Source of the DNA: Folioceros fuciformis
Taxonomy: Eukaryota
Direction: 5' to 3'
Assembly: GCA_049999805.1 (NCBI GenBank)
Contig: JBNGIO010006038.1
Coordinates: 1 to 32,724 of the forward strand
DNA length: 32,724 nucleotides
Under the pieces are notes generated by a model that did no database searches, had not been told where the DNA came from, and was given only the letters and a program-made list of their open reading frames with translations. Of the stretch, positions 11,018-21,929 are shown in pieces (the stretch's first letter is position 1; each line of letters starts with the position of its first letter). The translations under genes were made by a program, and so were the position numbers.

Positions 11018-12162
11018 CTAAGTTGTAGAATGTTTAGCCAGGAAACTTCTTCCAATGTTGCTGGAGCAAACGTTTGTAGAGCTGGCATACGCCGTAACAG
11101 CTTCGATAACCTGTGGTGTCACAATATCTTGTTGCGCCAAATGAAAGGGAGGTGCATTAGGATGCAACGTCGGCCCAGTATTCGCATGCGAATGACCCAA
11201 AAAATTTGTCGTACCTGTCCGGGTGGAAGGCGAGCAGACATAGTACAAGGTAGTCATGGCTGCCAAAGCCTGGAGAAAAGTGACAGCTTAGTATTTCGAA
11301 CATGAGGATGTTGGATGATAAAGCGTTAGCCAAAAATTTGCAACAGCACTCGCCGTCTTCTGGACGGGGCTCGACAGACACGAGATAAGTAGTGGAATTC
11401 CATCACTTTTGACAATGGCATCAGCACTCGCTGGATCTGCAAAACCAAAGCAGCAATGAATACACGACGTTCATGGCAAGCATTCCTCCCGCCAGAGAAA
11501 AAGTTCCTTCCCTTCCCCTGGCCCAAATGAGTATTGGCAATACCTGCGGAGCAGTTGCAGAGGCCCTCTATGCCAAACTGTACAAGCTTCTCGTTGGACT
11601 CTGTCAAGCAGTCCAGGAAGAGATCTACTACATGGAGCTTTAGCTCCAGATCCAGTCAAACTCCAAGTAAGATTGATGCCATGGTGAACTGGAGCTGGAA
11701 CAGAAAGCAGAAAAATTGTAGGTGATACCTTTCGAAAATCAGCATAGTTGAAAGGATCGTAAGCGAAGTTAGCCAAGTGAGCAACAAGTCGTTCTTTCTG
11801 CTCTGCACTCAAGGAAAGCTGCACTGAGAATGATACGGGACACGACAAATACTTCGGAAGGGCTCCATCACGCGAAAGGGACGAGGCTGAAGAAAAAGAA
11901 AATTCATGCAGCTTGCAAGCTATTTATTTCCACAATGGATGGCAGCTACCGTCGTCCACGGAATTCTGAAACTGAGTCACTAGCTCCTGCACCTCCACCT
12001 CTGCAGAATCAGCGCAGAAGAAGCAAATACCAAAGCACCAGGANNNNNNNNNNNNNNNNNNNNNNNNNNNNNNNNNNNNNNNNNNNNNNNNNNNNNNNNN
12101 NNNNNNNNNNNNNNNNNNNNNNNNNNNNNNNNNNNNNNNNNNNTCTCTGCGCTGCTGAACAT
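11018..12162 (-). CDS. ARMC7: Armadillo repeat-containing protein 7 homolog, 7 exons; exon 1 runs into an assembly gap
   Basis: ATG at 12162 (MFSSAER...), then the gap. Exons: 11986-11950 (ELVTQFQNSVDD), 11802-11729 (EQKERLVAHLANFAYDPFNYADFRK), 11637-11544 (LHVVDLFLDCLTESNEKLVQFGIEGLCNCSA), 11436-11354 (DPASADAIVKSDGIPLLISCLSSPVQKT), 11269-11215 (ALAAMTTLYYVC) and 11127-11018 (stop TAG). LANFAYDP is the ARMC7 signature. Confidence 0.92.
12044..12143. other. Assembly gap (100 N) covering ARMC7 exon 1 end and intron 1 start
   Basis: Run of N. Confidence 0.99.
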
Positions 12163-12225
12163 TGTTCTGGATTTGCGCAACGGGATACAGACATCAACAG
12201 AAGAAGGAAGCCGAGAAGACCGACA

Positions 12226-12572
12226 TTCACTTCCCGATGTAGTTTTAGGGTGCGAATGGTGATGACTGGCCGGTGACAATCGATGCTGCACCAAGCTTGC
12301 CCCTCACCACGCATAATGATCTAACCTGATCTGGTGGAGAGTCGACAAGAAGGAGACTTGGTGGATAGTAAGGGTTGGTGGCAGCGTTGGGAGGCAGAGC
12401 AGAGCAACTTTCACTCCCCGATGCAGTTTTCGGGTGCGAATGGTGATGAGTGGCCAGAGACAATAGACGCAGAAACGATCGTGCGCCTCAGTACTCACGA
12501 TGTTCAAGTATCATCTAACCTGACCTCCTGATGAGTCGACAAAAAGAAGACTTGGTGGATTGTAAGGGTTGG
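12226..12572. repeat. Diverged tandem duplication, period ~184 bp, just upstream of ARMC7
   Basis: ttcact(t/c)cccgatg(t/c)agtttt(a/c)gggtgcgaatggtgatga...atctaacctga...gagtcgacaa...gacttggtggat(a/t)gtaagggttgg starts at 12226 and 12410. Confidence 0.85.
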
Positions 12573-13099
12573 CAGAAGCTGTAAAGTAGACTTCTGTTTG
12601 CCGACAAGGGAGCCTGACATCACCTCAATCTCAGAGGGTGCTAATCAACTTGCACACGTGGTGTGGAATGGGACTCTACGCAGCTAAGATGTAGACACTA
12701 GAACAGGTCATTCAGTGAGTTCGTTGTACAGTTCCTTAAGCTTCGCTACAGGCCAGGAGTGAGCTGGTTGCCTCTGAGATAGCTCTTAGTACTAGGCTCC
12801 CCCCAATGCTCAATCCCTGGAAACTACAAGCCTAACCTAAGTCTTGAAGACAGTTTTGCAGACACTGGGAAAATGCGCTGCACATGTGTTGGAAGACAAA
12901 ATGCTGTACAAGTGTAGTATGAGACGCTTAAGAACGTCAGGAGTGAGTTCAATCAAGAATGCAGGCAGATGCTCACACTACGACATGTACACTTTGATTT
13001 GTAGCTGCCCCTTAAGCTTGTGCATCTGCTGTCCACTTGGAATCTGGCACAAAACTTTGTACCTGTCTTGTTTTGTTTGCACCGTGGCATTCCTCCTCA

Positions 13100-14360
13100 C
13101 TTGTAAACTTGTGGAGAACTATACTGCAGGCTGCCACCTTATGGACTTGTATACAAAAATGTGGACAACTAGGACAAAGCACGCCAGGTTCTCCAGGGCT
13201 TGGCCACAAACTTAAAGGATGTCATGCCGTGGACGGCGCTGATTGCTGGGTATGTCTTATGCCCAGTAAGGACTCGGACCTGAGGCACTTTTTGAGTACC
13301 AGGCGTGGACAGGTAGGAGGGATGATTGTGGCTAACCAGGACACTTCACTTTTGCTTTGCCTTGTGATTGCGACCTATTCAAGCGCTGGTCACCTCACAG
13401 ATTTAATGGGCAGGCATGTATATGCACTCACAGATTGTAGGAGGAGGACAGCCAGACAATTACTCGCTGGGCGGGAAATTAGTTGCCTGGTGGACATGGG
13501 AAGCGCTGAAAGATAAAAATGCCAGGGTAATTCGAAGGATGCGATGTATTGAAATGTATTGACAGCTGGGTATGTACAACAAACCTTCTGGACTCGCCCA
13601 GGATGCGCGTCATGTATGCGGACAAACTGGAGCAAGAGGGTCGACCTCATTTTGGCTGACCATGTTAACATATGGACGGACATATGTGTGGGCAACTTAC
13701 TGGTGGGCATGGATGCAAAATGTGGCGGACTGGGTGATGCACGCCAGGATTTCTGACGTTGTCAGATCCTGGAGGATGTGCTGACATGGACGTTAGTGAT
13801 TGCCCAGCAAGGCCTAGCACACCAAACGCTCGTTGTTGTGTATGAAAAAATGGATCAACGGGGCATCAATTTGGCCGACCATTTCACGTTTGCTTTCCTC
13901 CTGAACCTTGGTCTGCACATGCAAGAACAAATGCCTTACTTCTAGAATGCTATGCGCAGCTGCAATCGCAGATTATTGAAAGGGGAGTGCCGCATACATG
14001 ACATGGTGTTGGTGGGGGTGGGGGGGGGGGACTGCTTGGTGGGCAATTGAAATGCCCGGCATCCCGAGGATGCTGCTTGTTCTTGTCAAGCGTGCCAGTA
14101 GCATGCATTCAGCGGTAGTTATGTGGGACCAGTCCAAGCGCTCGAGCCACAAGCAATTAGATTCCATGACTCAACAGCACGGCATTGAACCTACTGTTGT
14201 CGTTGACCATACAATCGCATGATTGCCCTTCATGGGCCGGGCGTGCAGGAGAGCCAAATTAGACGAGGCAGGGAAGATGCAGCCTACTGTCTTGTGAGGG
14301 TGAGGCCGAAGTAAGGTTGTTTGTAACCCTGCAACAAGTCATGGCGGCTGCGGAAGAAGC
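13100..14360 (+). pseudogene. Decayed intronless PLS-class pentatricopeptide repeat (PPR) gene
   Basis: Frameshifted motif remnants: LMDLYTK/CGQLGQ/ARQVLQGL...KDVMPWTALIAGYV (~13140-13257), KDAMY*NVLTAGYVQQ (~13535-13580), DICVGNLLVGMDAKCGGLGDARQDF (~13680-13753), EDVLTWTLVIAQQG...YEKMDQRGI...DHFTFAFLL (~13770-13905) and SMTQQHGIEPT...GRA...LDEA (~14160-14270). Many stops and frameshifts; both ends are approximate. Confidence 0.85.
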
Positions 14361-14604
14361 TGCTAGCTGGAGTTCACAGGCCAAATCACTAACACCTGCT
14401 GCAATTCAACACAACAGTAGTTCTGGAGATCACTAAGCCTGCTAGCAGGAGTTAACAGACCGACTGGATGATGAACACCTGGTATAATTCAACACAACTG
14501 TAGTGCTGGAGATCACTAAGCCTGCTAGCTGGAGTTCACAGACAGACTGAATGACGAACACCTGGTGTAATTCAACACAACAACAGTGCTGGAGATCACT
14601 AAGC
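14360..14604. repeat. Three-copy tandem repeat, 79-83 bp unit
   Basis: ctgctagc(t/a)ggagtt...aacacctg...aattcaacacaac...ctggagatcactaagc at 14360, 14439 and 14522. Confidence 0.9.
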
Positions 14605-15306
14605 TTGAGTTTTGTTTCTGGCCAATCAGTGGTCCGTGGGTCGGCTCTACGGACGAGTGAGAAGGGCAACCAGAAGATTAATAATGTGTTCAAGAATCTT
14701 GAATTACTAGGCCTCCGTGTCAACAAACACATATAAGTAACTGGGAGCCCTCGCGGCAGTGTGAATCAGGAGGAACCCAAAACATTGTGTCCATCACGAC
14801 GAATCTTAAAACACTATGGGTATAAATTGAAATAAAGAACAAATGATGTGTCCCTTTCAATCGGTAGAGAAAAAAGTTCCCTGCACACCGTGGATGACGT
14901 GGCGAGTACAAGAATATTGTCTAGATGCCACCATATATTCTCGTAGAAAATACATATTCCAAAAAAAAACATCAATGTGTAGTCCTTGTCCTTATTGGTA
15001 TTCCATACGAGAGCCATGGTGCCGACATATTCTTATGAGATTGGCAAGAATAAATATGAATATAGAGATAGGACAAGGAACCCGTTATATTCAAAGATAA
15101 CGACCATGTCGTCATGCCGTCATGCATGAAACTTAGCTTTGCTTCATTTATACCAGTTTGTCATGCAGTGTCATAAGGCCTAGGTGGTGTTTTTCTAGCA
15201 CACCAAAAGGGCTGTGAGTTGGAGCGCATTAAGCAAGAACCCTAATGGAATGTGTCTAAACATGTGTGCATCATGCACGATAAGAATAGTAATGGGCCTC
15301 ATCTTG

Positions 15307-15431
15307 GGCGCATCTTTCACACTACATCCACCGATGGGACGCAGCTTGCAACCCTCAATTCTAATCATCCAAGGCGCATCTTTCACACTACATCCACAGA
15401 TGGGACGCAGCTTGCAACCCTCAATTCTAAT
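15307..15431. repeat. 66-bp period tandem duplication
   Basis: ggcgcatctttcacactacatccac(c/a)gatgggacgcagcttgcaaccctcaattctaat at 15307 and 15373. Confidence 0.9.
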
Positions 15432-15757
15432 AGGTGCAACAGCGAGTAACTACATGAATCACGACAAGCAGAGGACGGTCGTGCAAATCAGCAAGGTGGC
15501 AACATGTGGGGAGTTCAGGGAAGAATAGTCCCGCATATGCCTTGTCTTAACGGTCTTGTAGTTGAAGAACAACTGCATGAAACAGAAAGTGAGTCATGGT
15601 CATGGGAGCAAGCCTCGTACATTAGCATCTACAACCCAAGCCTCACTCCCTCTCCCTAGCAAACCCTACGTATCATATACTAGCCCTCCCTTGCATAGCC
15701 ATGCCTAGCCAACCCAAGGAACTGCACGATTGGCCTCACCCTTCGGTGTGAGTTGCT

Positions 15758-15892
15758 GCACCCTCTTCTTCAAGTTGCCTAGCCCAGTCCGAATGCTATC
15801 CTTTGGGTGATACATGCTGCAATCCCCACTATATTAGAGATATGCGCACCCTCTTCTTCAAGTTGCCTAGCCCAGTCCGAATGCTATCCTTT
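15758..15892. repeat. Two identical 47-bp direct repeats separated by 41 bp
   Basis: gcaccctcttcttcaagttgcctagcccagtccgaatgctatccttt at 15758-15804 and 15846-15892. Confidence 0.9.
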
Positions 15893-16406
15893 CCTTTAGT
15901 GAGGTCAGGCACTCCAGGAGCCCTCATGGCAAGCGTTCCACATATGTGTCCCCTATCGGTCCACGTGTCGAAAGGTGTCGAAAGGAGTGGGGGAATGTGA
16001 AGAATGTAGATGTTACTGAAGTGAGAATAGTGATGTGGGCATGTAGAACACAAGCATATAGTGGACACCCTTCCATAAATTCGCATCATGAGTAGGTTTC
16101 ATAGCGGAATTGGATGATAGGGTGGCCACTATGTGAATGGCTTATGCACAAGGGAGCATCGCGAAAGGGCATAGTGAAGTCCTGCACATCCTGGACTGAG
16201 GAGTGGTTTCTTGCACCCAAGAACCACCAAAGGGCCACACTTTTCCGTATTGTAGTTGCAGCCTTATGATTCGCTCCCAAGGGAGTGAACCAGTGTCAAG
16301 GAACACCTATAGCTATCCACTCGCACTTCTACCTATCAGCCAGTCTATAGACCTGTCTACACGCACACAACAAGGAGGCTAGTAGCCTAGCCTATCTTCA
16401 AATCAA

Positions 16407-16564
16407 CTCACACAACTCGCACTCCAGATCTTCAATCCTTCAACTCTTCATGAGTCCCACTTCTGTCCTCCCTTCTTCACTTCAGCTCACACAACTCACA
16501 CTCCAGATCTCCAGTCCTTCAACTCCTCATGCTTCCCACTTCAGTCCTTCCTTTCTCACTTCAG
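16407..16564. repeat. 79-bp diverged tandem duplication, pyrimidine-rich
   Basis: ctcacacaactc(g/a)cactccagatct...ccttcaactc...catg...cccacttc...cacttcag at 16407 and 16486. Confidence 0.85.
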
Positions 16565-17061
16565 TACTTCATCCTTCACTTTAGCACACACTACTGCACC
16601 TCAGCAGCTCACTCTTCACTTATATGCACTTCACTCCAACTCTTCCTCTCTTTGCTTCAGCTATTCCCTAGAAATTGGGACACAATGACTTCACTCCTTG
16701 TAGCCTTCAAGTGTAGTGTGCATACTAGGACTAGATAGCCTTCCTGGCTTCTGTCCCTTCACCTCAGCCAGCCTGCGAATCATTCAGCCCTTGCGGATCC
16801 AGCCACACGGATCTTGGCAATCTTGGGATCCTCCACATTCCCCTAGTGGCAACGGAAATCAGGCCCTTGGTTCAGTCTCAACCGGCTCAATGCCCTAAGC
16901 CAAGAGTTCTGCACACAAGGTCCAGGGAAATCGCACCGTAGACAACCTCTCTCTCAATGGACAACCCCTCTCTCAATGGTAGATCCCCCCTCTTATACTG
17001 CCCAGCCCTCATCTCTGGCTACTACGGTTAACCTGAGTCAACTACCTAACCACCTCTCTCT

Positions 17062-17352
17062 CTGACCTAAACCATCCTACATCCAGTTCTGACCTAAACC
17101 TTACCTAAGTATGACCTAACCTAACCTAGGTCTGACCTAAACCTGACCTAGGTCTGACCTAACCCTAACCTAGATCTGACCTAATCGTAATCTAGGCCTG
17201 ACCTAGATCTAACCTAGGTTTGACCTAAACCTAACCTAGGTCTGACCTAACCCTAACCTAGGTCTGACCTAACCCTAATCTAGGCCTGACCTAGACCTAA
17301 CCTAGGTCCGACCTAAACCTAACCCCAACCAAGAACCCTAACTCTAACCTAC
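17062..17352. repeat. 22-bp satellite (consensus ctgacctaaccctaacctaggt), ~12 copies, telomere-like words
   Basis: Exact 22-bp spacing of units at 17132, 17154, 17176, 17198, 17220, 17242, 17264, 17286 and 17308, with degenerate flanking copies. Confidence 0.92.
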
Positions 17353-17549
17353 CCCTGCTTCTAATTGCCCCTTGACCCGTTAGCTGCCCTTTACCCCAAA
17401 CTCATCAACCCCTCACAACTACCACAAATCAGGGGTACTTATCTTTCCCCCTTCTCCTCTCCCGGATGGGATTATCTCTTGGCCTTCGACCATCATGCAT
17501 TCTTCAAAGCCTTCCATCTTCAGGTTCCCCCTCCATTTTGCCAACATAA

Positions 17550-20500
17550 CCACCACTAGCTTCTCACCCACTAGCAGCACACCTGTACTAGACCTTCCGC
17601 CCAGTGGATGGAAAGCTGAATGCCACTTATGTAATATATCTGGATGGGGTTGTATCCCTCAATTTCGTCCGCACGCATTCTCCTGGCACCCTTCACCTCC
17701 GACCCCTGTCCAGGTCACTATAACTCCCTTGCTTGAAACCATACCCGATTCGGAGCCAGACTCGAGCTGTTTTTTATCCCTTCGCCGGAGTTCACTTTTC
17801 ACTCTCTCCTCTGCTGCCTGTTGCAATAGCCTCCCTCTCTCGTTAGCTTTCCATTGCTCCTTAATAGTTTCCTCTTGTCGCCGGTCTACGATTTCGGCCT
17901 ACCTCAGCTTCCTTGCATGAGCATCTTCCAGTTCGGGCACATACTCTCCCCTTAACTTCTGTAGAGATCTATCAACGCACGGATAACTGTCTCAGCTTGC
18001 TTCTGTGCAGCTGCCTTTCCCTCATGTGCTCATTGAAGGAGAAACTCTTCAGAGAGAACCCCTCGCCACGTAACTCTCAAGGCCGCCTTCACTTTGGTTT
18101 TCCAGGATGTTCTTCCACAATCCCCCGGTTGCGATGTAAACGGGCTCCTCCTCATGATCCTGCCTCTCGGGGACCTTAGCCTGATATTGCACCGATTCGC
18201 CACTTCCCGATCCAGTCCCCTCAACCACTTTCGGTAACAATCCCATCCACCTCAACGCATTTCTCTTCGCCCCTCGACAAGCGAAACCTTCCCTCTCATC
18301 ACGGCCTTCTTAGGAACGTGTATCCACTCATCCATACTCCTCATAGTTCTTGGTTACTGGCCTCTAATTGCCTGTCGATCTCCTGCTCCTGCTCATCCAC
18401 TGCTAACCATCTTCACATCCCAGCTCCTTGAGTTCCAGCTCTCTACCTTGCCAGCCATTGTGTCCGGCCCCGGTCCGGCACACCCGTGGATCCAGCGCTG
18501 CTGCCTGATCCATTCTAGTCCTAATTCGGCCAGCCCATCGATTAGATGTATGGCCAGATCCGGCCCGCCAATTGATCAGCCACCACCTGATCCAGCCAAA
18601 TCACCCGAGTCCACTAGCCAGCCACCCCAACCACTACTGCCAACCGCCTGGCAGATTCAGCCAAACAAATCCAGCTGCCCAGAAGCCAGGCTAGGCGGCC
18701 AGGCGGCTTGGATCCTACAGCCAGGCCGGCGGCTGGCTTCCGAATCCAGCCTCGGCCTGCATTCGGCCCGCTCATCTAGCCTCCAACTCTGGCTAGCCTG
18801 GTCGCTGCATGCATTGCCAAAACGGCCTGGCTGCCTGCCTGGCCATCTTCAGCTGCAGGCAGGCCGCTTCCTGGCTGATCCCGTCCGATCCGCCAGGCCT
18901 CCCACCAGATCCACGCCTGTCTTGGTTTTTGGGCTCAATTCACCACCCTCGACCCGGCCAGCTTGCTCTCGCATACCAGATATCTGGCCAGACCCGCCAA
19001 GCACCTAACTGATCCCATCCGATCATGCCACCTGCCCGACCGCCTGGACTCGGTCGTCACCCATCAGCCCGGTCGCCTTCCTGGCTTGACTGCGCCCCGG
19101 ATTGTAGGCAGCTTGCGAGTCTGGCTGCCCAGCCTCGCATCCCGCCATAACCAACCAGCCAGCTCGACTGGTTGAGCAGCCCGGCCGAACTGGCTTCGCT
19201 GTCCTGCTTCAGTCCAGCCCCTGGTCGTCTGGCTACCTGCAACCAGCCAGCCCAATCGACTGGCTTGCCGCTGACGACCCGCTCAGCTCAACCACCCCCC
19301 TTTGATCCGATACTGGCCGACTGAATCTGGCCCCAGCTTGAATGGCTTCTGCTTCGATTCGCCTGCCTAGATGCTAGCTTAGATCCATTGCTAGGCCGCC
19401 TCGCTGACCCAGCTAGGCCTGTCTGTCGATCCGGCCTCCTAGCTGCCTGGATCCGCCAACCTCTGGGCTGTTGGGTCGCCCGCCGGCTCCTGGGTTGCTT
19501 GGCTGCTGCTCAACAGCCGGCCTCTGCTGAGCTAGCCCCCTGCCAGGCTGCCGGCAAGGCCTGGCTGCTCCTCAGCTTGCAGGTAGCCCGCAAGCTTGGT
19601 TGCTCCTTAGAAGCCTTGCCAGTCGCCTATCTAGCCAAGCCGACTGGAGCCGACTAGCCAGCCGGCCTGGACCCACCATCTGGATCCGGCACAGCCCCCT
19701 GCCAGCTAGCCACGACCAGCGGCCTATCCTGCCCTGCTCAGCTCCGCCAGCAGGTCTAGGGCCCTGCACATCTGTGCCCAACCATCCCTGTGCTAGGCTC
19801 TGACCCTGGCGCGCAGGTCCAGCAGCCAGTACTCTCCCAACCTACCAGGGTTCGGCCCCGATGCTCCTCAACTAGCCGGGCCTCTAGGATCGGCCCGCCA
19901 GCCAGCCAGCTTGCCACCTGCCGGCTGCCTGCCTGCGCCGGTGCGAGGTCGCCTACCCGCCGACCAGCCAGGCCGCCTGCCCTCCTGGACTTGGCCAGGC
20001 GGCCCGCTTGCTGAACTGCCTGCTGCTGGGCTGGGCTGGGCTGCTGGCTAGGCTCCTCAACAGCCAGCCAACCGGCCCTCAGCCTCCTCATGGCCTCGGC
20101 CTGGCTCAGATCCACCCTGGCTAGCCAACTAGATCCCGCCGGGCCTCAGCCCGAATCCAGCTCCTAGCCTGCGTCGACATGGCCTACTTTAGGCCTGCTC
20201 TGGCCTGCCATGCCCCGGCGCGCCTGGCCGGCCAGGATCCGGCCCATCCTGGCTCTGAGCTTGGCCTGCCCGGCTGCCTCCAGACACAGCCAGCCGGTCA
20301 GCTCAGCTGGTCGCGGAACCAAGCCACTGCTGGCTCGGCCATCTTGCGTGTCTCCCGAATCGGCTAGCTAGCCCGCGTACCTGGCCTGGCCGCCTACCAG
20401 ATCCGTATACGAGCCAGCTGGCGAGCCGGCTGCTCCTGCTGCGCTCCGGGTTGCTTGGCTGCTGGCGGCCGGGTCTGCTGGCTGCCTGCTGCCCCTTGCG

Positions 20501-21010
20501 CCTGCAGCCAGTCAACCCGCCAGATCCAGCCGGGACCCCAGCCCAGATCTGGTCCTTGCCTGGTATGCCTGTGGATCCAACGCCGCCCGTCTAGCCTGGA
20601 TCCAACGTCACCGCCTACCTCCAGCCCGACCAGCCCGGCGTATGCCCTTGCAACAATTCCTCCTTGCCATGACCCCATGAACGCCTGGCGCACTGCACAC
20701 AAGGTAAGCTAGGGCCTCTCCTTTCACCGCTGCTGCTAGCAACACTTCCAGATTAGCGCCCCCACTGTAGACGATTTTAGCTTCCAGCCATCGTCTCTCA
20801 AAGTCTCTCACGAACACGCCACAACTTCTTCCGCATCTGCCTTCCGCCAACTAGAGGTATCTTAGTTAGGTCCATGCTCAGCTGGGAGTACTTGTCCGCT
20901 GCTTCCACCACAACACTTCCAGCCCACCCTCCAGTGAGCACCCCCTCGTAAGCAGACTCAGAAGTCGTGGCCTCCCTGTCCATGATTTCAAACCCAACCA
21001 GCATTCACTA
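17550..21010 (-). mobile_element. Highly decayed retroelement-like block: gag-like remnant, GC-rich low-complexity spacer, broken coiled-coil ORF
   Basis: The minus strand at ~20850-20650 gives VFVRDFERRWLEAK...LAAAVKGEALAY...SW..KEELL, reminiscent of retrotransposon gag. At ~18440-17700 there is a charged coiled-coil frame with stops and frameshifts (...AEIVDRRQEETIKEQWKANERGRLLQQAAEERVKSELRRRDKKQLE). I recognised no RT, integrase, paired LTRs or TSD. Confidence 0.4.
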
Positions 21011-21929
21011 CGTGTGGTGTAGCCAAGGGCTTGGCATGCCTGAGGTGAGCTCCTCGCACAACATCGAAGACCTATACCAGTAATTTAAGCGTTCCACAGC
21101 TAGCACTCTTGATGCCAGACTCCCCAACAAAACCACACACCCAAGACCAAAGCTGCATGGTGTGATTGCCCCGGGCTAGTCCGCCTGTGCCTGCTAGCGA
21201 GCCAGCTTGGACCACCCCTCCTGGATCCGGTCCAGCCAGCCGCGACCCGCGGCCTGCCCTGCCCCACTCAACTCCAGCAACAAGCTAGGAGCCCTGCACA
21301 CCTAGAGCACCAACTGCCCCCACACTGGCGGCCTCTCATCCAGGGATGCTAGCTCGATCTCTGCTTGGGATCGCTCCAACGTCCTCTCGTCTCTAGAGTT
21401 TTGCCCTCCCTTCACCACGGCTTCTTGTTGGGGGAGCGACACAATCTTCCTGCACACTCCCACAATGTGATTTCCGGCCTCCAGCAGGCACGAGTTGAGT
21501 TGGCGTAGAAGCCACAGTTGAGGGGCTGCTGCCTCGCAGATGGCCAGCTATAGAGGATCGTAACTCGGATCCCCCCACCCATACGGGCATAGCAGCGCTG
21601 CTGTTCTGCCATGCTGCTTATCAGTCCGCCATGTTCCGGCTAGCCATCCTCGTGCACTGCCTGCCCGCTCCATGAAACCCCACTCGCCTCCTACTCACAG
21701 ATCTAGGACTCCACACACACATCTGAACACCTTCGCCAGGGGGACCTAGACCCGTGGCCTACCTACCACACATCCCACCAAATCCCTATTGACTCACCTT
21801 TAATCTAACCTCTAATCTAACCTAATCTTCTAACCAATCCTCTACGAAATTCAATCAAAAACCCCAAAAAAACAAACTTTGCCATTTTCCAAGGGGTATG
21901 TTCGCCATATGGACTCCACATGGACCCTA

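Noticed and set aside
14983-15081. Imperfect inverted repeat (ccttgtcct...aggacaagg) as a MITE or miRNA hairpin
   Set aside because: The stem is short and discontinuous, and no TSD is evident.
15758-15892. Repeat-spacer-repeat (47/41/47 bp) resembling a minimal CRISPR unit
   Set aside because: There are only two repeats, no cas genes and a eukaryotic context. A local duplication explains it.
18448-20712. Many overlapping 60-190 aa ORFs in the GC-rich block
   Set aside because: The composition is stop-poor, and there are no domains or splice structure. These are not credible genes.
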